NCBI GenBank assembly: GCA_013265495.1 | Contig: MU058418.1 | Coordinates: 2,937,491-3,001,490, forward strand | DNA length: 64,000 nt | Source: Vicugna vicugna | Lineage: Eukaryota | Reading direction: 5' to 3' | Part shown: positions 43,251-56,365 of the stretch, piece by piece | Layout of the letters: each line of letters opens with the position of its first letter | Numbering within the stretch: the first letter of the stretch is position 1 | Program-made: the position numbers and the translations under genes | The notes under the pieces: generated by a model | What the model was told of the DNA's origin: nothing | What the model saw: only the letters and a program-made list of their open reading frames with translations | Databases searched by the model: none

Positions 43251-43589
43251 GAAAAAGAGAGGGGAAGAGGGACGGGATAAAGACAGTTCAACAGGTTACA
43301 ATGGCTGAGGAGCAAATCTAAGGATTTTCCTACTTTGGGGGCTACATTATATAATCTTGGCTCTATTAAATAGAACAAAGTTATAATGTTCTTAGCTGTA
43401 ATAATGGTATTATAGTTATGCAAGACAAAGTGTTTATTTTTAGAAGATTCATGCTGAAATATTCAAGGCTATAGTACCGTGATGATCGCAACTTATCTTC
43501 AAGTGGTTCCAAAAAACAGACATGCACGTATCAACGCACTTACAGAAAAGGCAGCTACAATCATCTGTTAGCTGTTTAACCTGGATCCC

Positions 43590-43835
43590 AGAAGGGTGAA
43601 CTACAGCCCAAGCCAAATCCAGCTGAGCCTGCTCTTGTAAATAAACTTCTGCTGGAACACTGCCATGCCTCCTCATTCACCTGCCGTCTGTGTCTGCTTT
43701 CTCTGTGCAGCTACAGAACCAACAGGCTGTAACAGAGACCAAACGGCCTCCAAAGCCTGAAACACTTACTGGCCCTTTGCAGAAGTACAGAACATATCTG
43801 GCCCTTTACAGAAAAAAAAAATTGCTAACTCCTAA
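43590..43835 (+). mobile_element. MER58-like hAT-Charlie MITE nested in an L1ME-type fragment
   Basis: actacagccc...gccaaatcc...tgtaaataaa...ctggaacac...aaagcctgaaa...tggccctttacagaaaaa...ttgctaactcct. Confidence 0.7.
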
Positions 43836-43899
43836 TATAGACAGTGGATATAGCTGATCATAGGACCAAGTTTTTAAACCTTTCTATATGTTTGAACTT

Positions 43900-44730
43900 T
43901 TACAACTCAGCAACAGCAACAAAGAATAAAAAGACAACCCAATGAAAAAACGGGCAAAGGATCTGATCAGACATTTCTCCAAAGAATATACACAAATGGC
44001 CAAAAAGCACATGCAAAGATGTTCAACGTATTAGTTATTAGGGAAATATAAATCAAAACCACAATGAGATACACACACTAGGATGGCTAAAATCAAAAAT
44101 GCAGATAATACTAAATGTTAACAAGGATGTAAAAAAATTGGAACCCTCACACATTGCGTGTGGGAATGTAAAATGGTGCAGCTGCTTTGGAAAACAGTGT
44201 AGTAGTTCCTCAAAAGGTTAAATATAGAGCTAACATACAAGTTAGCAATTCCACTCTTAGGTATATACTCAAGACAATTTAAAACATATGGTCAAACAAA
44301 AACTTCTAGATAACTGTCCATAGCAGCATTATTCACAATAGCCAAAAGGTAGAAATAACCCAAAGGTCCATCAAATGATGAATGAATAAACAAAATATGG
44401 TGTATTCATACAATGGAATATTCTTCAGCCGTTAACAAGAATGATATATTTAGACATTCTACATCATGAGTGAACTTTGAAAACATTATGCTAAGTGAAA
44501 AAAGTCAGATATAAATCACATATAGTATGATTTCATTTATATGAAATGTCTAGAATAGACAAATTCAGAGAGACAGAAAGTAGATTAGTGGTTGCCAGGA
44601 GCTAGCAGGATGGGGAAATAGTACTGCTAATGGGTACAGGGTTTCTTCTGGGGGTGATGAAAGGTTCTAAAATTAGATAGTGGTAATGCTTACACAACTC
44701 TGTGAATATACTAAAACCACTGGATTGTCA
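43900..44730 (+). mobile_element. L1MB-type ORF2 end and 3' UTR
   Basis: gggcaaaggatctga...cagacatttctccaaaga...aatcaaaaccacaatgagata...gacagaaagtagattagtggttgccagg. Confidence 0.88.
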
Positions 44731-45177
44731 AAAAAATAAATTAGCAGCCCCTGCCAAGATAGACCTAAATGAGTATTTCACTGATGAAAAATGCAGTAAT
44801 TAATCAATCAATATCTTAGAAAGTTTATAGAAAAGTATATTTTGACGATGATAATTAATTTTCCTTCATCAATCTCTTGATTAATCATCATGTATACTCC
44901 ATAGGCAAATAGTTGTCATTATTTTATACTGAACATCTTGTTACAGATAAGAATGTTGGGATAGGAGTTAGAAAATGACACGAATACATTAGAAACTGAA
45001 ACATACTATGAGATCTTAAGAGAGGAATTTAGTATTTCTGAACTTCTTTTAAGGCAGCTATTTGACCAAGACATAAGATTCCATGAGGTTCTAAAAGCTT
45101 ATGTTGTGTTTTTACCACTACCTATAAGTACATCTGGAAAGAGATTTTTTAAGTTTTTAATTAAATTATATAGTTCT

Positions 45178-45606
45178 TTTTTTTTTGAAAATGGGTAACC
45201 ACAGACGGAAATTAGGGTTTTTTTTACATTTTTATTTTTTTATCAAGTAATAGTCATTTTACAACATTGTGTCAAATTTCAGTGTAGAGCACAACTTTTC
45301 AGTTATACATGAACATACATATATTCATTGTCACATTTTTTTCGCTGTGAGCTACCACAAGATCTTGTATATATTTCCCTGTGCTATACAGTATAATCTT
45401 GTTTATCTATTCTACATTTTGAAATCCCAGTCTGTGCCTTCACACCCCCTACCCCCTTGGCAACCACAAGTTTGTATTCTATGTCTATGAGTCTGTTTCT
45501 GTTTTTTTTTTTTAAATCTATGTTTTGTTTTTTTTTTAGATTCCACATATGAGTGATCTCATATGGTATTTTTCTTTCTTCTGGCTTACTTCACCTAGAA
45601 TGACAT
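45178..45606 (-). mobile_element. Young L1 3' end, sense to CDK19, with two A-tails
   Basis: Reverse complement of the 4411 family (tgagtctgtttctgtttt, agattccacatatgagtgat). Near-TSD aaattatatagttct (45163) / aaatcatatagttct (45667). Confidence 0.85.
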
Positions 45607-45607
45607 T

Positions 45608-45608
45608 A

Positions 45609-45667
<59 letters not shown>

Positions 45668-45668
45668 A
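45608..45668. repeat. (AAAT)n microsatellite, about 14 units
   Basis: Direct reading of the sequence. Confidence 0.95.
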
Positions 45669-46354
45669 ATCATATAGTTCTCAAAACTCCTATTTCATGC
45701 AGATCAATATAGAAATATTAGGAAACACCAGTTCACTTTGAAGTCTCCTAATCATGATCTTCATTTTCAAGTCAAATATTGTTAAGCACATTTTGATTAT
45801 GTACTCCATCCTTTTTGCTTTATATTTTTTCACTTTAGAAAGTTTCCTCCCTCAGAAGAACAAAGTGTTAACTAAATATCTGTTGATCAGGTGCTGTTCG
45901 TAATAACAAAAAGTTACTACCTAAGCATCAATCAACAAAGTAATTAAACAAATAATGGTACATCTATCTAGTGGAATACAGTCATTAAAAATAATAGAAC
46001 AGTGATTTTCAGGGGGAAAAGGTCAGAAAGTATACTTTTAACTCATACCCTCAAGAATAACTGCATATAATTGACAATATTATTGACAGAAGGTTTACAT
46101 ATGGGAATGATAAGATTTTCTTTAAAAGAAAACCACTGCTGGAAAAGAATGTTTAATGAATTGGAAACATATCAATTATATATAGTTAAATAAAAAATAA
46201 AAGTTATCAAAAATCATGTAGAATATGATCACATTCTTGAGAAAAAACACAGAAAAATATATACCACACCACTCACATGTTATTCAACACACCATTCACA
46301 TGTTATTCATCTATGAATTATTTCAATTATTTTTGCTTATCTTTACTTTCCCCA

Positions 46355-46490
46355 ACTTTGAGATACAACATTAAATTTAAGGTGTACAATGTGATGATTT
46401 ATGTGTATGTATTGCTAAGTGATTATCACAGTGAGATCAGTTAGCATATCCATCGTCTCATAGTTACCATTTGTGTGTGTGTGTGTGTGT
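46355..46490 (-). mobile_element. L1MA-type 3' terminus ending in a (TG)n tract
   Basis: tttaaggtgtacaatgtgatgattt...catatccatcgtctcatagttaccatttgtgtgtg. Confidence 0.7.
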
Positions 46491-47643
46491 ATCTTTATTT
46501 TTAAATTTTTCTTAAACACTTTCTATTTATAAAATAGAAGAAATATTTTTGAAGAATATTAGAATAGAAGAAATATTCTTTTCTATTTATAAAGAAGAAA
46601 TTTTTAATTAAAAAAATAAGATTATCCTCTTTCATCTATTTTCTTTATTTTGAAGGCTTAAAGTAAAATAACTCATCATGGAACCCATTTTTCTTTCATA
46701 ATACAATGAAGGTTTTTAAAACAATTAATTGTATTAGATGGGGAGAAAAAAATCCTATCTTCCTACTGAAACTAATAAGGTTAATCCTCGTTCTCAAAAC
46801 CACAAGGTGACCATAGTTTTTACTCAATACTTACCCTTCTTAATTGCTAATTTAAACCTCAGGGAAATTTATCATGGAAACTCCCTCATATTTTTGGAGA
46901 AAAAATAAACCAGTATTTTGCTGGGGATTTTTATATATTATGATTTAATTATTCCTCACAGCAACCACAAGAGATAGTAACTTATCATCATACAAATTTT
47001 ACAGGTGGAGAAACTGAGGTTCAGATATATTATTTTACCAAAATACCACACCTAGAGAGTATTAGCCCAGATGTGAAATAAGGGTTTCCAATTCCAAAGT
47101 TTCCTTACACGACAATTACAGTTTTCATTTATACATATATTTGCGGATCAGAAGTAAAAATCCCTCTCTGAGAAAGGAAAATTCAAGTAGTTCTTTAAGA
47201 AGGAATAAGCTTTATTTAAATCATTTGCGCCCAAAAGTACTTTGTTTATTCAAACACCTTTGTGACTGGAAAATGTCTTCCTGATAAAGGTACTGAATTT
47301 ACAACCTCAATAAACAAAACCAAAAAACTCAGTTAATTGGCACAGAGCAAAGGTCACATGTAAAATTCAGTAATATGCCTAGCTTCTGTTCTCTTGTAAG
47401 TACTAAATTTCTCTGTAGTGTTTTCCTACCATTTGTACTAAAAGATAAGGACTCTCATAATGTCATATGGCTTTATTTAAAAACCCATCTTTATCCATCT
47501 AAATGTTGAACCTTTACATTTATATGGACTTGAACGTCTACAAAATTTGTTTTGGTTAATAATGGAGTCTTTACATAGTGTGAGAGACAGCGATGCTTCA
47601 TAACCTGTATTTATCATTAAGCACTTTGCTGATAGCTAAGCTT

Positions 47644-48019
47644 TGTTAAAAATAAGACAATAGGAGAGTCACTTATGCTAAGCCCCATAGTAGCAAACCA
47701 AGACTTAATTACAGTTTGGCCTCCCCTAGAAATGGAATCTTAAACCAGTCAATCAGATAACACCTAATCATCACTAGTTAAGTAATCTGCCTGAGATACC
47801 CCTGCCATCCCCTAAAAGAAAGTGACCTTGCCACAACCAATCCAGTTTTTCGCCTCATATAACTTCCTTGTTCCTGCTCCCTTCTGCTTATGAAAGTCTT
47901 TCATTTTGTACAGCTCCTCAGAGCTCTTTTCTATTAGACTGAATGCTGTCCAATTAATGAATCATTGAATAAAGCCAATAAGATCTTTAAAATATACTTA
48001 GCTGAATTTTGTTTTTACA
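47644..48019 (+). mobile_element. ERV 5' LTR (ERV1/MER4-group-like)
   Basis: Termini tgttaaaaa...tttttaca; CCAAT and TATA-like elements; aataaa at about 47968; immediately followed by a primer-binding site. Confidence 0.8.
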
Positions 48020-48022
48020 GTT

Positions 48023-48040
48023 TGGTGGCAGTGATGGGAT
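48023..48040 (+). other. Retroviral primer-binding site, tRNA-Leu type
   Basis: tggtggcagtgatgggat matches 16/18 with TGGTGGCAGCGGTGGGAT, the complement of the tRNA-Leu(AAG/UAG) 3' end as recalled. It starts 3 nt after the LTR's terminal CA. Confidence 0.75.
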
Positions 48041-49950
48041 CCAAAGGAGACTTCTGATGGCTTTGGGGATGAGAAACACAGACACTGATACCTGTGAGCC
48101 CTTTGAGTTCTGTCTTTCCAAGGGCCATGGGTAAGTTCCTCTCTATTCTGAGTTCTAATCTCTTTGCATTGAGCTCCCAATCTAATTGACTTCCCAGTCC
48201 CAAGGCTTAGTCAGCTTGAGTCTGCCAGACAGTTCCACTAGGAACCTAAGTCCCTAGCCCTTGGTTAGTCTGCAGTCCCCATTTGTTGGTTGTTCAGTGC
48301 AAAGTTTTACTTTAAGAACTACTGGTAGTTCCACTTAGGAACATCTAAGGCCTTCTCTTGGCAAGTCTGCAATACCACATGTTTGGCTACTGCTGGTGTT
48401 CCCAGTTCCATTTCCTTAGTTACTGTTGGTTTCTGCTACCATGCACATGAGGTAAAGGAATAATAGATCTACTGTTAATGGGAATCTGGGAAGCCAAAGT
48501 GACAAGATTGATGGGTATGGGTCAGGTACTTGAAAACCATCAGAGTACTCACCACCTAACTCTAAGACACCTGTGCTAGGTAAATGGGTCACAGAATGGG
48601 TTAGATTGACACTAGGTCAACCATCAACCTCAAGAAAATTTCTTTGCAACATGATATGCTATAAAATGTCACACAATGCCCAACCCAGCAGCATATTCCT
48701 CTTAGGTATTAAATCTGACTCCAATAGACCCAAAGCTTAGCTAAAGAAGTGGGATCATCAAGTTTCAAAGGGTTGAGCACACTTCTCTGATACAGCTGCT
48801 TATTTTATATCTTAGAACTCTGGTCCCAGAAGTTGTTAATATCAAAAACGGCAAAACTTTACTAAGACAAGCTAGAATTACAATGGCTCCTAAGAGGTAC
48901 ATTCCAACTAAATAAGATCATTGCTTTAAATAGTGCACTTTAAAAAAGGACTTTAAAAAAGCAAGGACTCCCAAAGCCAACAAACAGAATGACATACCTA
49001 CTTTAATTGGTATGCTTAAGTCTCCAAATGGCTTCAAGATTCTAAAATAGCTTCATTGAAAGATTCACTGTAAAACACTAATGAAAAATTAAAGACACAA
49101 GAGGTACCTAAAACAAAAGACTGACATGACTCCTACTACTCCCCTCTACCCTTCTTTATTTGAGCACTCATTCTACTAATCCTGTCTGAATCATCTTTCC
49201 ACTCGAGACTACAAGACTGTAAACAAGTCTCCCAAATTAGTGGCCTTACAGACACCCTCACATTTACTTCAAAGGAGGGTTCCTACATAGGTTGAGGAGA
49301 TACTGAGGGATCTTCCAGTAAACTGATACCAGTTATTCCCTCAAACAGCCAAAGGAAAACTAAAATTAAAATTAATGGGAAAACTTGCCAAATTCTGGTA
49401 GATACTGAAGGTCCACTCTCTACTGTAATCCTCACTCTGACCTGAACATGGGATCCAGGAAAACTGTCAGAAGCTGGCAAAGAGTGAGAATCCTTGCCAG
49501 TCAGCCCACCTGAATCTCTGTCTATAGTGGCCAGCCGAGAGGAAGGTAAAATTTCATGTTGTCCCTTCCCTTCCAAATCCTTAGAACCATTCATTGGTTA
49601 TTAATCCTTTCTCACCCAAGGGACAGCTACTGCCTTCTTGTATGTCTTTTTATGTCCTGAGAATTGTCTAAATTTTTCCTCCTTTCCTTTGGTTATCTTT
49701 GGGAGTGGCTCAGGATCTCGAGAGGGTGGTGTATTTTGCACCTCTCTGAGGATGCCTCTTAGTCCAAGGGGTTATCCAGTACTGACAGGAATATTTATTG
49801 TTTGTCCCCAACTGAAACCTGGCAAGATCTTTAAAAGGATTTGTTTTAAGTAGCTCTGTGGCCAGAAGTTGGCCAAACTGTAAGCTGATATTCAAAGTCT
49901 GACAGGAAATTTTTTTTAGGCCTTCTCCCCTAAGCTAAAATGAAAGAAAA
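48041..49950 (+). mobile_element. Degenerate ERV internal region (leader, gag-like and protease-like remnants); no 3' LTR seen
   Basis: ctagaattacaatggctcctaagaggtacattc (LELQW..RGTF, matrix-like) near 48870-48905. IKINGKTCQILVDTEG (aspartic-protease LVDTG-like) near 49365-49412. Confidence 0.65.
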
Positions 49951-50489
49951 CTAAGTACCAGAAGCGGAAAAATATTCCAAAGCCAAACAGGTTTAGATCT
50001 AGAACATAGGAATCTTTTGGTTTCTATCTTAGTTGAAGATCTTCTTCTTGACATACAGAAGCAAATTGAAAATAATGTAGTTGGATGGGTGGGTCAGCCC
50101 TTTGAAGTCATTTTGGTTGCAAATCAATTCTTTGAGGAATAAAAATTAACTATTTTTGTCTTATAAATTGAGTCTTTACAAGAACAGAAATGCAGTTCTA
50201 GAAGCAATTCAAAATCTATCTTTTTTACCAATCCAAAACCTCCCCTATAAATCACTGAAAAGCCAGTAAGATATTTAAATTTTACTCAGTTTAATTTTAT
50301 TTAACAGCTTAAAATTAATTCAAAGGTTTCTTTCTCCTTCACCACCTCAAACTGAATTCTTTGTTCCACAATGTGGCACAGGTCATTACTAACTGGCTTT
50401 CCAAAATGTTCCTTTACCTTCCTCTACTCCAGAGAAGGCACTTAACTTACCACTCGGTTGGCACAGCCTCTTTGCCTTTCAGACTTTGT

Positions 50490-50725
50490 CTCTTCCTCTG
50501 TTTCCTGCCGAAAAAATGGACGCAATACATGGAGGTACCACAATCATCTGGGACCATGTGTACAAAAACCACAGAACAGAGAGAAGGTTGGGGAGTTTTG
50601 GTAATATCCTTGAAAGCTGCACCAGCCCAGCACTCCCCATCTCTGGACTTTTTGATACAAGAGGAAAATAAAACCCTGACTTCCTTAAGCCATTATAGAC
50701 TGGCTTTTCAGTTCCATGAAGACAA
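50490..50725 (+). mobile_element. MLT1-type LTR 3' remnant
   Basis: catctgggaccatg...ctgcaccagccc...tctggacttttt...aaataaaacc...taagccatt. Confidence 0.55.
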
Positions 50726-51754
50726 TATGGCACAGAAACACACCTTAGCATGTGTTCTTTCCAGGGGTTAAAGGACAGCTAGATCTCTCTCCCGTCTCCA
50801 GTTGTTTGAAACTTTTTTAAATGCTTTTAACAATTTCTACATCCAAAACACAACATGGAATTTTATTCTTTTTGCCACTCACTAGAATGATAGAATGTAT
50901 ATCTTTGAAAAAAATCACACTTTAATGTAATAAAAATTAGAGTAGGAAATTAAGATGACCAAAAACTTCCTGGCAAAATGTTCACTAACAAATCATATTT
51001 CTGAACATATCTTCAACATAAAAGTAGGAAAAATATGGATGCCAAAATTACATAATTTTATAGTTTTCCAAGGGAAAAAATGCTGCTTCTTAACAAGCAA
51101 AAAATCTTTACCAACTATAAATTGAGTAAATACTGAGAGAGGTAGAAAGAGACGTATCTCAACCATGAACTACAATCCTTAAGGATCTAAAGAGAGATAT
51201 AAATTGTAAAGTGGGCCAGAATTTTTATCTTAGCTTCAGGCAATCAGAGAAATAGCTAATTCCTATCAGGCTAACACAGAAAACATTTCACCCATCAAAT
51301 TGTGATAAAAAACATTCAAAGCTACTGAGGTTGAGATAAGCAGGGCACATACACGTTGTTGGTGATGGTGAAAAAAATACATATGAAAAGGAATTAGGAA
51401 ATACATATTAATATATATTAAGAGCCTTAAAAACTTGTATCTTTTGACTTTACTGTAAGGAAAGAATATATAGACCAAGGTTTACATATAAAAACATCTA
51501 TTAATGTATTTATATTATCAAAGTATTGGAAAGAACTTAAATGTTCAATAATTAGGAAGAGTTACTAAAGTATTATATAATCACATGATAGAAGAACATA
51601 GATATCCATTAAAAATCAAGTTTTTGAAGGAAATTTAGTAATATAGATAAACATTCATATCTTAAGTCAGAGGACCTCAGGCTAGTTCACAGTGCTTGTA
51701 GTATCTTTGTAATTTGTTCTTGGCATCTCTAGATCAAAAGAGATACCTAATAAT

Positions 51755-52455
51755 GCCAATATGGAAGTTCCTCAAAAAATCAAAAATACAACTACCATAT
51801 GATCCAAAGGAAAATCACTATCTTAAAGAGATATTCCGCACTCTCATGTTCATTGCAGCATTATTTACAATAGCCAAGCCATGGAAACAAAAGTATCCAC
51901 TGGCGGATAAATGGATAAAGAAAACGTAGTGTATATGTACAATGGATTACTACTTAAATCATAAAAAATAATGAAATCTTGCTATTTGCAACAACATGGA
52001 TAGACCTTTGGGGCCCTATGCTAAGTGAAATAAGTCAGACAGAGAAAGACAAATACTGTATGACATAACTTGTATGTACAATCTATAAAAACAGAACTAA
52101 TAGAAAGAGAACAGATTGGTGATTGCTAGAGGTGGAAATAGGAGGAATGGGGGGCTGGGGGAAAGGGGTAAAAGCAGTCAAATGTACAAATTTCTAGTTA
52201 TAAGATGAATAAGGTCTGGGGATGCAATGTGGTGATTATAGTTAATAATACTGTATTATATATCCAAAAGTTGCTAAGAGAGCGAATCTTGAAGGCTTTC
52301 ATCACAAGATTAAAAAATGTGTAGCTATGAAGTGATGAATATTAACTAAACTTATTGTGGTAATCACTTCATAATACACACATATACAAAAATCACTGTT
52401 ATACAGCTTAAGCTAATACAATGTTATATGTCAATTATATCTCAGTAAAAATGGG
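51755..52455 (+). mobile_element. L1MA-type 3' end
   Basis: ORF remnant TLMFIAALFTIAKPWKQ; gctaagtgaaataagtcagacagagaaagacaaatactg; ends atgtcaattatatctcagtaaaa. Confidence 0.88.
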
Positions 52456-52479
52456 GACGGGGGAAGAAGGGGAAAAACA

Positions 52480-53200
52480 TCACAATGATATAACCACTTC
52501 ATATCTACTAGAATGGCTAAAATGAGAAAAAAAATTAAACAGAAAATAGGAGGTGTTGGTGAGGATGTGGAAAAAATGGAACCCTCATACAATGTAGATG
52601 GGAATGTAAAACAGAACAGCCCCTGTGGAAAACACCTGGCAGGTCCTCAAAAAGTTAAACACAGAATTACCTTATGACCCAGCAATTTTACTCTAAGAGA
52701 AGAGAAAACACACGTTCAAACAAAAACTTGTCCACAAATGTTCATAGCAGCATTATTCCATTAATGGAACCAAAATTTCCATTAATGAATGAATGGATAA
52801 ACAAAATGTGGTACAACTATACAGTGGTATATTATCCAGCCATTAAAAGCAGTAAAGTATTGACACAAAACTAAAATATGACTGAACCTGGAAAACACTA
52901 TGCTAAGTGAAAAAAGCCAGCCACAAAAGATTACGTAGAATATGCCTCCATTTATATGAAATACCACAACAGACAAATCCATAGCAGAAAGTAGATAGTG
53001 GTTGCCAGGATTCAGGGTAAGAGGAAATTGAGAAGTAACTGCTTAACGGGTATGAAGTTTCTTTTTGGGGTAATGAAATGTTCTGGAACTAAGTAGTAGT
53101 GGCAGTTGCACAACACTATGAATGTACTAAAACTCACTGAACTGTACACTTTAAAATGGTGAACTTTATGTTATGCCAATTTTTACCTCTAATAAAGAAA
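52480..53200 (+). mobile_element. L1MB-type 3' end
   Basis: actagaatggctaaaat...ggtgaggatgtggaaaaaatggaaccctcatac...actgaactgtacactttaaaatggtgaacttt...ctaataaag. Confidence 0.88.
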
Positions 53201-53243
53201 GAATACATTATTATGCATAAATAATCCATAGAAGACACTAGGA

Positions 53244-53582
53244 AAGGGGAAGGGGGAATTGGAGGAAGGCCCAAAAGTCAAAAGACACAAACTTCCAGTA
53301 ACAAGACAATCCTCAGTTATTAAGGATGTAATGCACAACATGATGACTAGTTAACACTGCTGTATGACACACAGAAAAGTTGTTAACAGGGTAGACTTAA
53401 GAGTTCTGATCATGAGAATTTTTTTCTTTTCTTTTTATTGTATTTATATGAGATGACGGATGTCGACTAAACCTATTGTGTAATCATTTCACAGTATTTG
53501 TAAATCAAACCAACATGCTGTACACCCTAAACTTTTACACTGATGTATGTAAATTATTTCTCAATAAAACTGAAAAAAGCAA
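53244..53582 (+). mobile_element. L1 3' end with degenerate TSD
   Basis: acaaacttccagt...ttatttctcaataaaactgaaaaaa. Flanks agaagacactagga (53230) / agaaaacaccagga (53583). Confidence 0.75.
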
Positions 53583-55834
53583 AGAAAACACCAGGAGAAA
53601 ATATGCCAAAATATTATCAATGCTTATCTCTGAGTAGTCTTATTACAAGTGATTTATGTTTCCTTCTTTATGTTTCTATAATTCTTAATTTTTTTAATAA
53701 ATACATATTGGCTTTTTGTTAACACACTAATTTTTACAAGAAATAGAAGTTTTTTAAGATATTTATCCTTTTTCAATAATAAAAGTTATACTCTACTTTT
53801 TAAATGTTTTATCATTTTTTAAAATTGGTAATATATACATAGTAAAATAAACATATATAGATACTTTTCAAATGAGTATACAGTTCTTTTTAAAAGTCTT
53901 CCTCTCAACCCAAATTTCCTTCCCATAATCACTATTAGCAGTTTAATTGTGAATATACCCAGTCTCAGTTTCTGCAGTCAGAGATTACATCACATTTATC
54001 CCTGTATCCCCACTACCTATGGCAAAATACTTGACTCATGGAAAGGAACCAAATGACAAACAGTAAAGAATGGATAAATGAATGGATAGCCAGAAAAATG
54101 GAAGAAAGATGAAAAGAAAAAATATACAGATGAATAAAAGAAATGCAGATGGAGGTTGGATGGATGAAAATGTGGATAGATTAACGGATGAATATGCAAG
54201 TAGATGGATGTTATTAAGAAACTATTACTACATGACTTAAAGTGAGAGTCTTTGCTAACTGACCTTTCTAAGGGCCCCTTTCAGCTACGGTGCCCTGATC
54301 CTTTATACCAGTAGATCTATCTGTTCTGACTGACCTCAGGAACCTTATGCCCTTCTTGATGGCTGTTAGGGTAAAAAAAATTTTTTAAGAACTGTAATTG
54401 GACATAAATGAACCAACTTTTACAAATTTGAGGGAAATGTAAACCAGAGATTTGTTTCAATCCTTTCAACTATATTATAAACACAGAGACTTCAATTTTG
54501 CAACTATCACAGTGTCAGACACAAAGTAGAATTGAGTAAGTTATTATATTAATTCCCTATACATTGATAAGTAAAATATAATTTCTCTATAAGTCACAAG
54601 AGAAAATGTTTCCATTGTCTTGTTCCAGCACTTAGATTCTAAGAAAAATATTAAGAAGGAAAAGTTAAAAATAGCATGTTAAATACAAAAAAATTACTGA
54701 AGAATTGTTTTAAATGGTGAACACTAGAAACAACCTAAATATAAACAGGAAATTTACTTATTTTATTAAACCAAACCCCTGCTAAATTCAGGCATTTGGA
54801 CTCTTGAATTCAGGTCATGCTGAATAAAAGAATAGCAACCCCAATCAAATACCAAACTGGTAACCCAGAAGATTAAATAAAGGAAATCTTCCAGAATATA
54901 GATGGGAAAGAGTCAAAAATGTTGAGAATGAATTTAAGAGACAGGGAAGATAGAGCATAAATGGTCAACATTTCTTAATAACCATACCTGAAAAAGAAAA
55001 TAAAAGAGGCAACAAAAGAAGAAATAAGTAACAGGAAATAAAAACTGCCGTAAATCAAAGACAAAAGAAAGGGCCTACTTTTCATGAGAAACTGGCAGAA
55101 TTGGAAAAGGGGAGAGTGAAGGAGCGAAGGTAGAAGGAATGCAACCAAAGCTACTAAATACCACTTTTTAACTTTTAAAGTTCATGTTCATAGATCATCT
55201 ATTCAAAAAATAAATAATCTGCAAAAGACACAGGAAACAAAGCTAGACAAAAAAAAAAAAACCCTATATTTTCTAGAGAGACTTTGGTGAAACTTTAGAA
55301 TGCATGGATAAAGTAAAAACTCTTTAGAAATTCCAGAGGGGAAAAAAACAAGTTTCCATCAAGAAATACCAAAAGCCAAGAAGCAATAGTTTTGGGTTCC
55401 GAGAAAAAAATTATTCTTAATATAGAATTCTAATTTCAGCCCAACTATCAATCAGGTATGAGGACAAAAATCCTTATCAGACATGCAAGAACTCAGAAGA
55501 TCTACACATTCTATATGAAAAAGCTACATAAAAAGATGTCCTCAACTAACCAACAACAACAAAAAAGAATCCAAGAAAAACCGACCGTGGGATATAAAGA
55601 AAAACTGAGTATCACCCAGAAGACTTGAAGAAAGGGCAAAACAAATTAAGAAGATCATTAGGCATTAATTCTTGGAACATTGTTTCAAGCAGCACTTATT
55701 TGATATACAAGATTACATTTCCTTCTCCTGAGGCCTCAATAGACTGATTCATTCAGCAATAAATAAATGTGATAATCATAATATTTTAAAGCTGTTGAAT
55801 GGTTTCCAGTGTTCACTTTCTAAAATCAACCCTT

Positions 55835-55978
55835 GGGGGGAAGGGAGGATGGGAATAGCACAGCGGTAGAGCATATGCTTAGTATGCACAAGATCCTGGG
55901 TTCAATCCCCAGTACCTTCATCAAAACTAACTAACTAAATAAACCTAATAACCACCCCTTCCGAAAAAAAAAAAAAAA
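55835..55978 (+). mobile_element. Vic-1-like tRNA-derived SINE
   Basis: atagcacagcggtagagcatatgcttagtatgcacaagatcctgggttcaatccccagtacc plus poly(A). aaaatcaac on both flanks (55822, 55989). Confidence 0.88.
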
Positions 55979-56249
55979 GCTGGGGGAAAAAATCAACATA
56001 TAGACAAAAATTAATGGATATATCATCCATTATGGTACATACAACAAACAAAAATAAATAAATAAATAAACAAATAAAATATTTAATATAAATAAAATTA
56101 ACACTATACTTTAAAAATTGGGAGATGGAGAAAGAGTAGGAAAAATGTGTTACTTTCCTTACATTCATATCAGGAAGACCACAGGTGATATATCCAAGTT
56201 GAGAAGCCAAGAAAAAGAAGTTTCAGTTAATAATTTAAAGTCATTAATG

Positions 56250-56365
56250 ACAAAGAACATGAAAACGAATACATGTATGTATATGTACTACTGAACTATA
56301 ATGCTGCACACCAGAAATTGACACATTGTAAACTGACTATACTTCAGTTGAAAAATGAAATAAAA
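56250..56365 (+). mobile_element. Very short young L1 3' terminus
   Basis: tgctgcacaccagaaattgacacattgtaaactgactatacttca matches the end of the 4411 copy. Confidence 0.8.

Noticed and set aside
50361..50771. Cluster of overlapping ORFs (136, 90 and 61 aa)
   Set aside because: They overlap an MLT1-like LTR remnant and show no recognisable protein features or splice context.
54040..54210. Degenerate (GGAT/GAAT)n purine-rich tract
   Set aside because: Ordinary low-complexity repeat, probably derived from an L2 tail.
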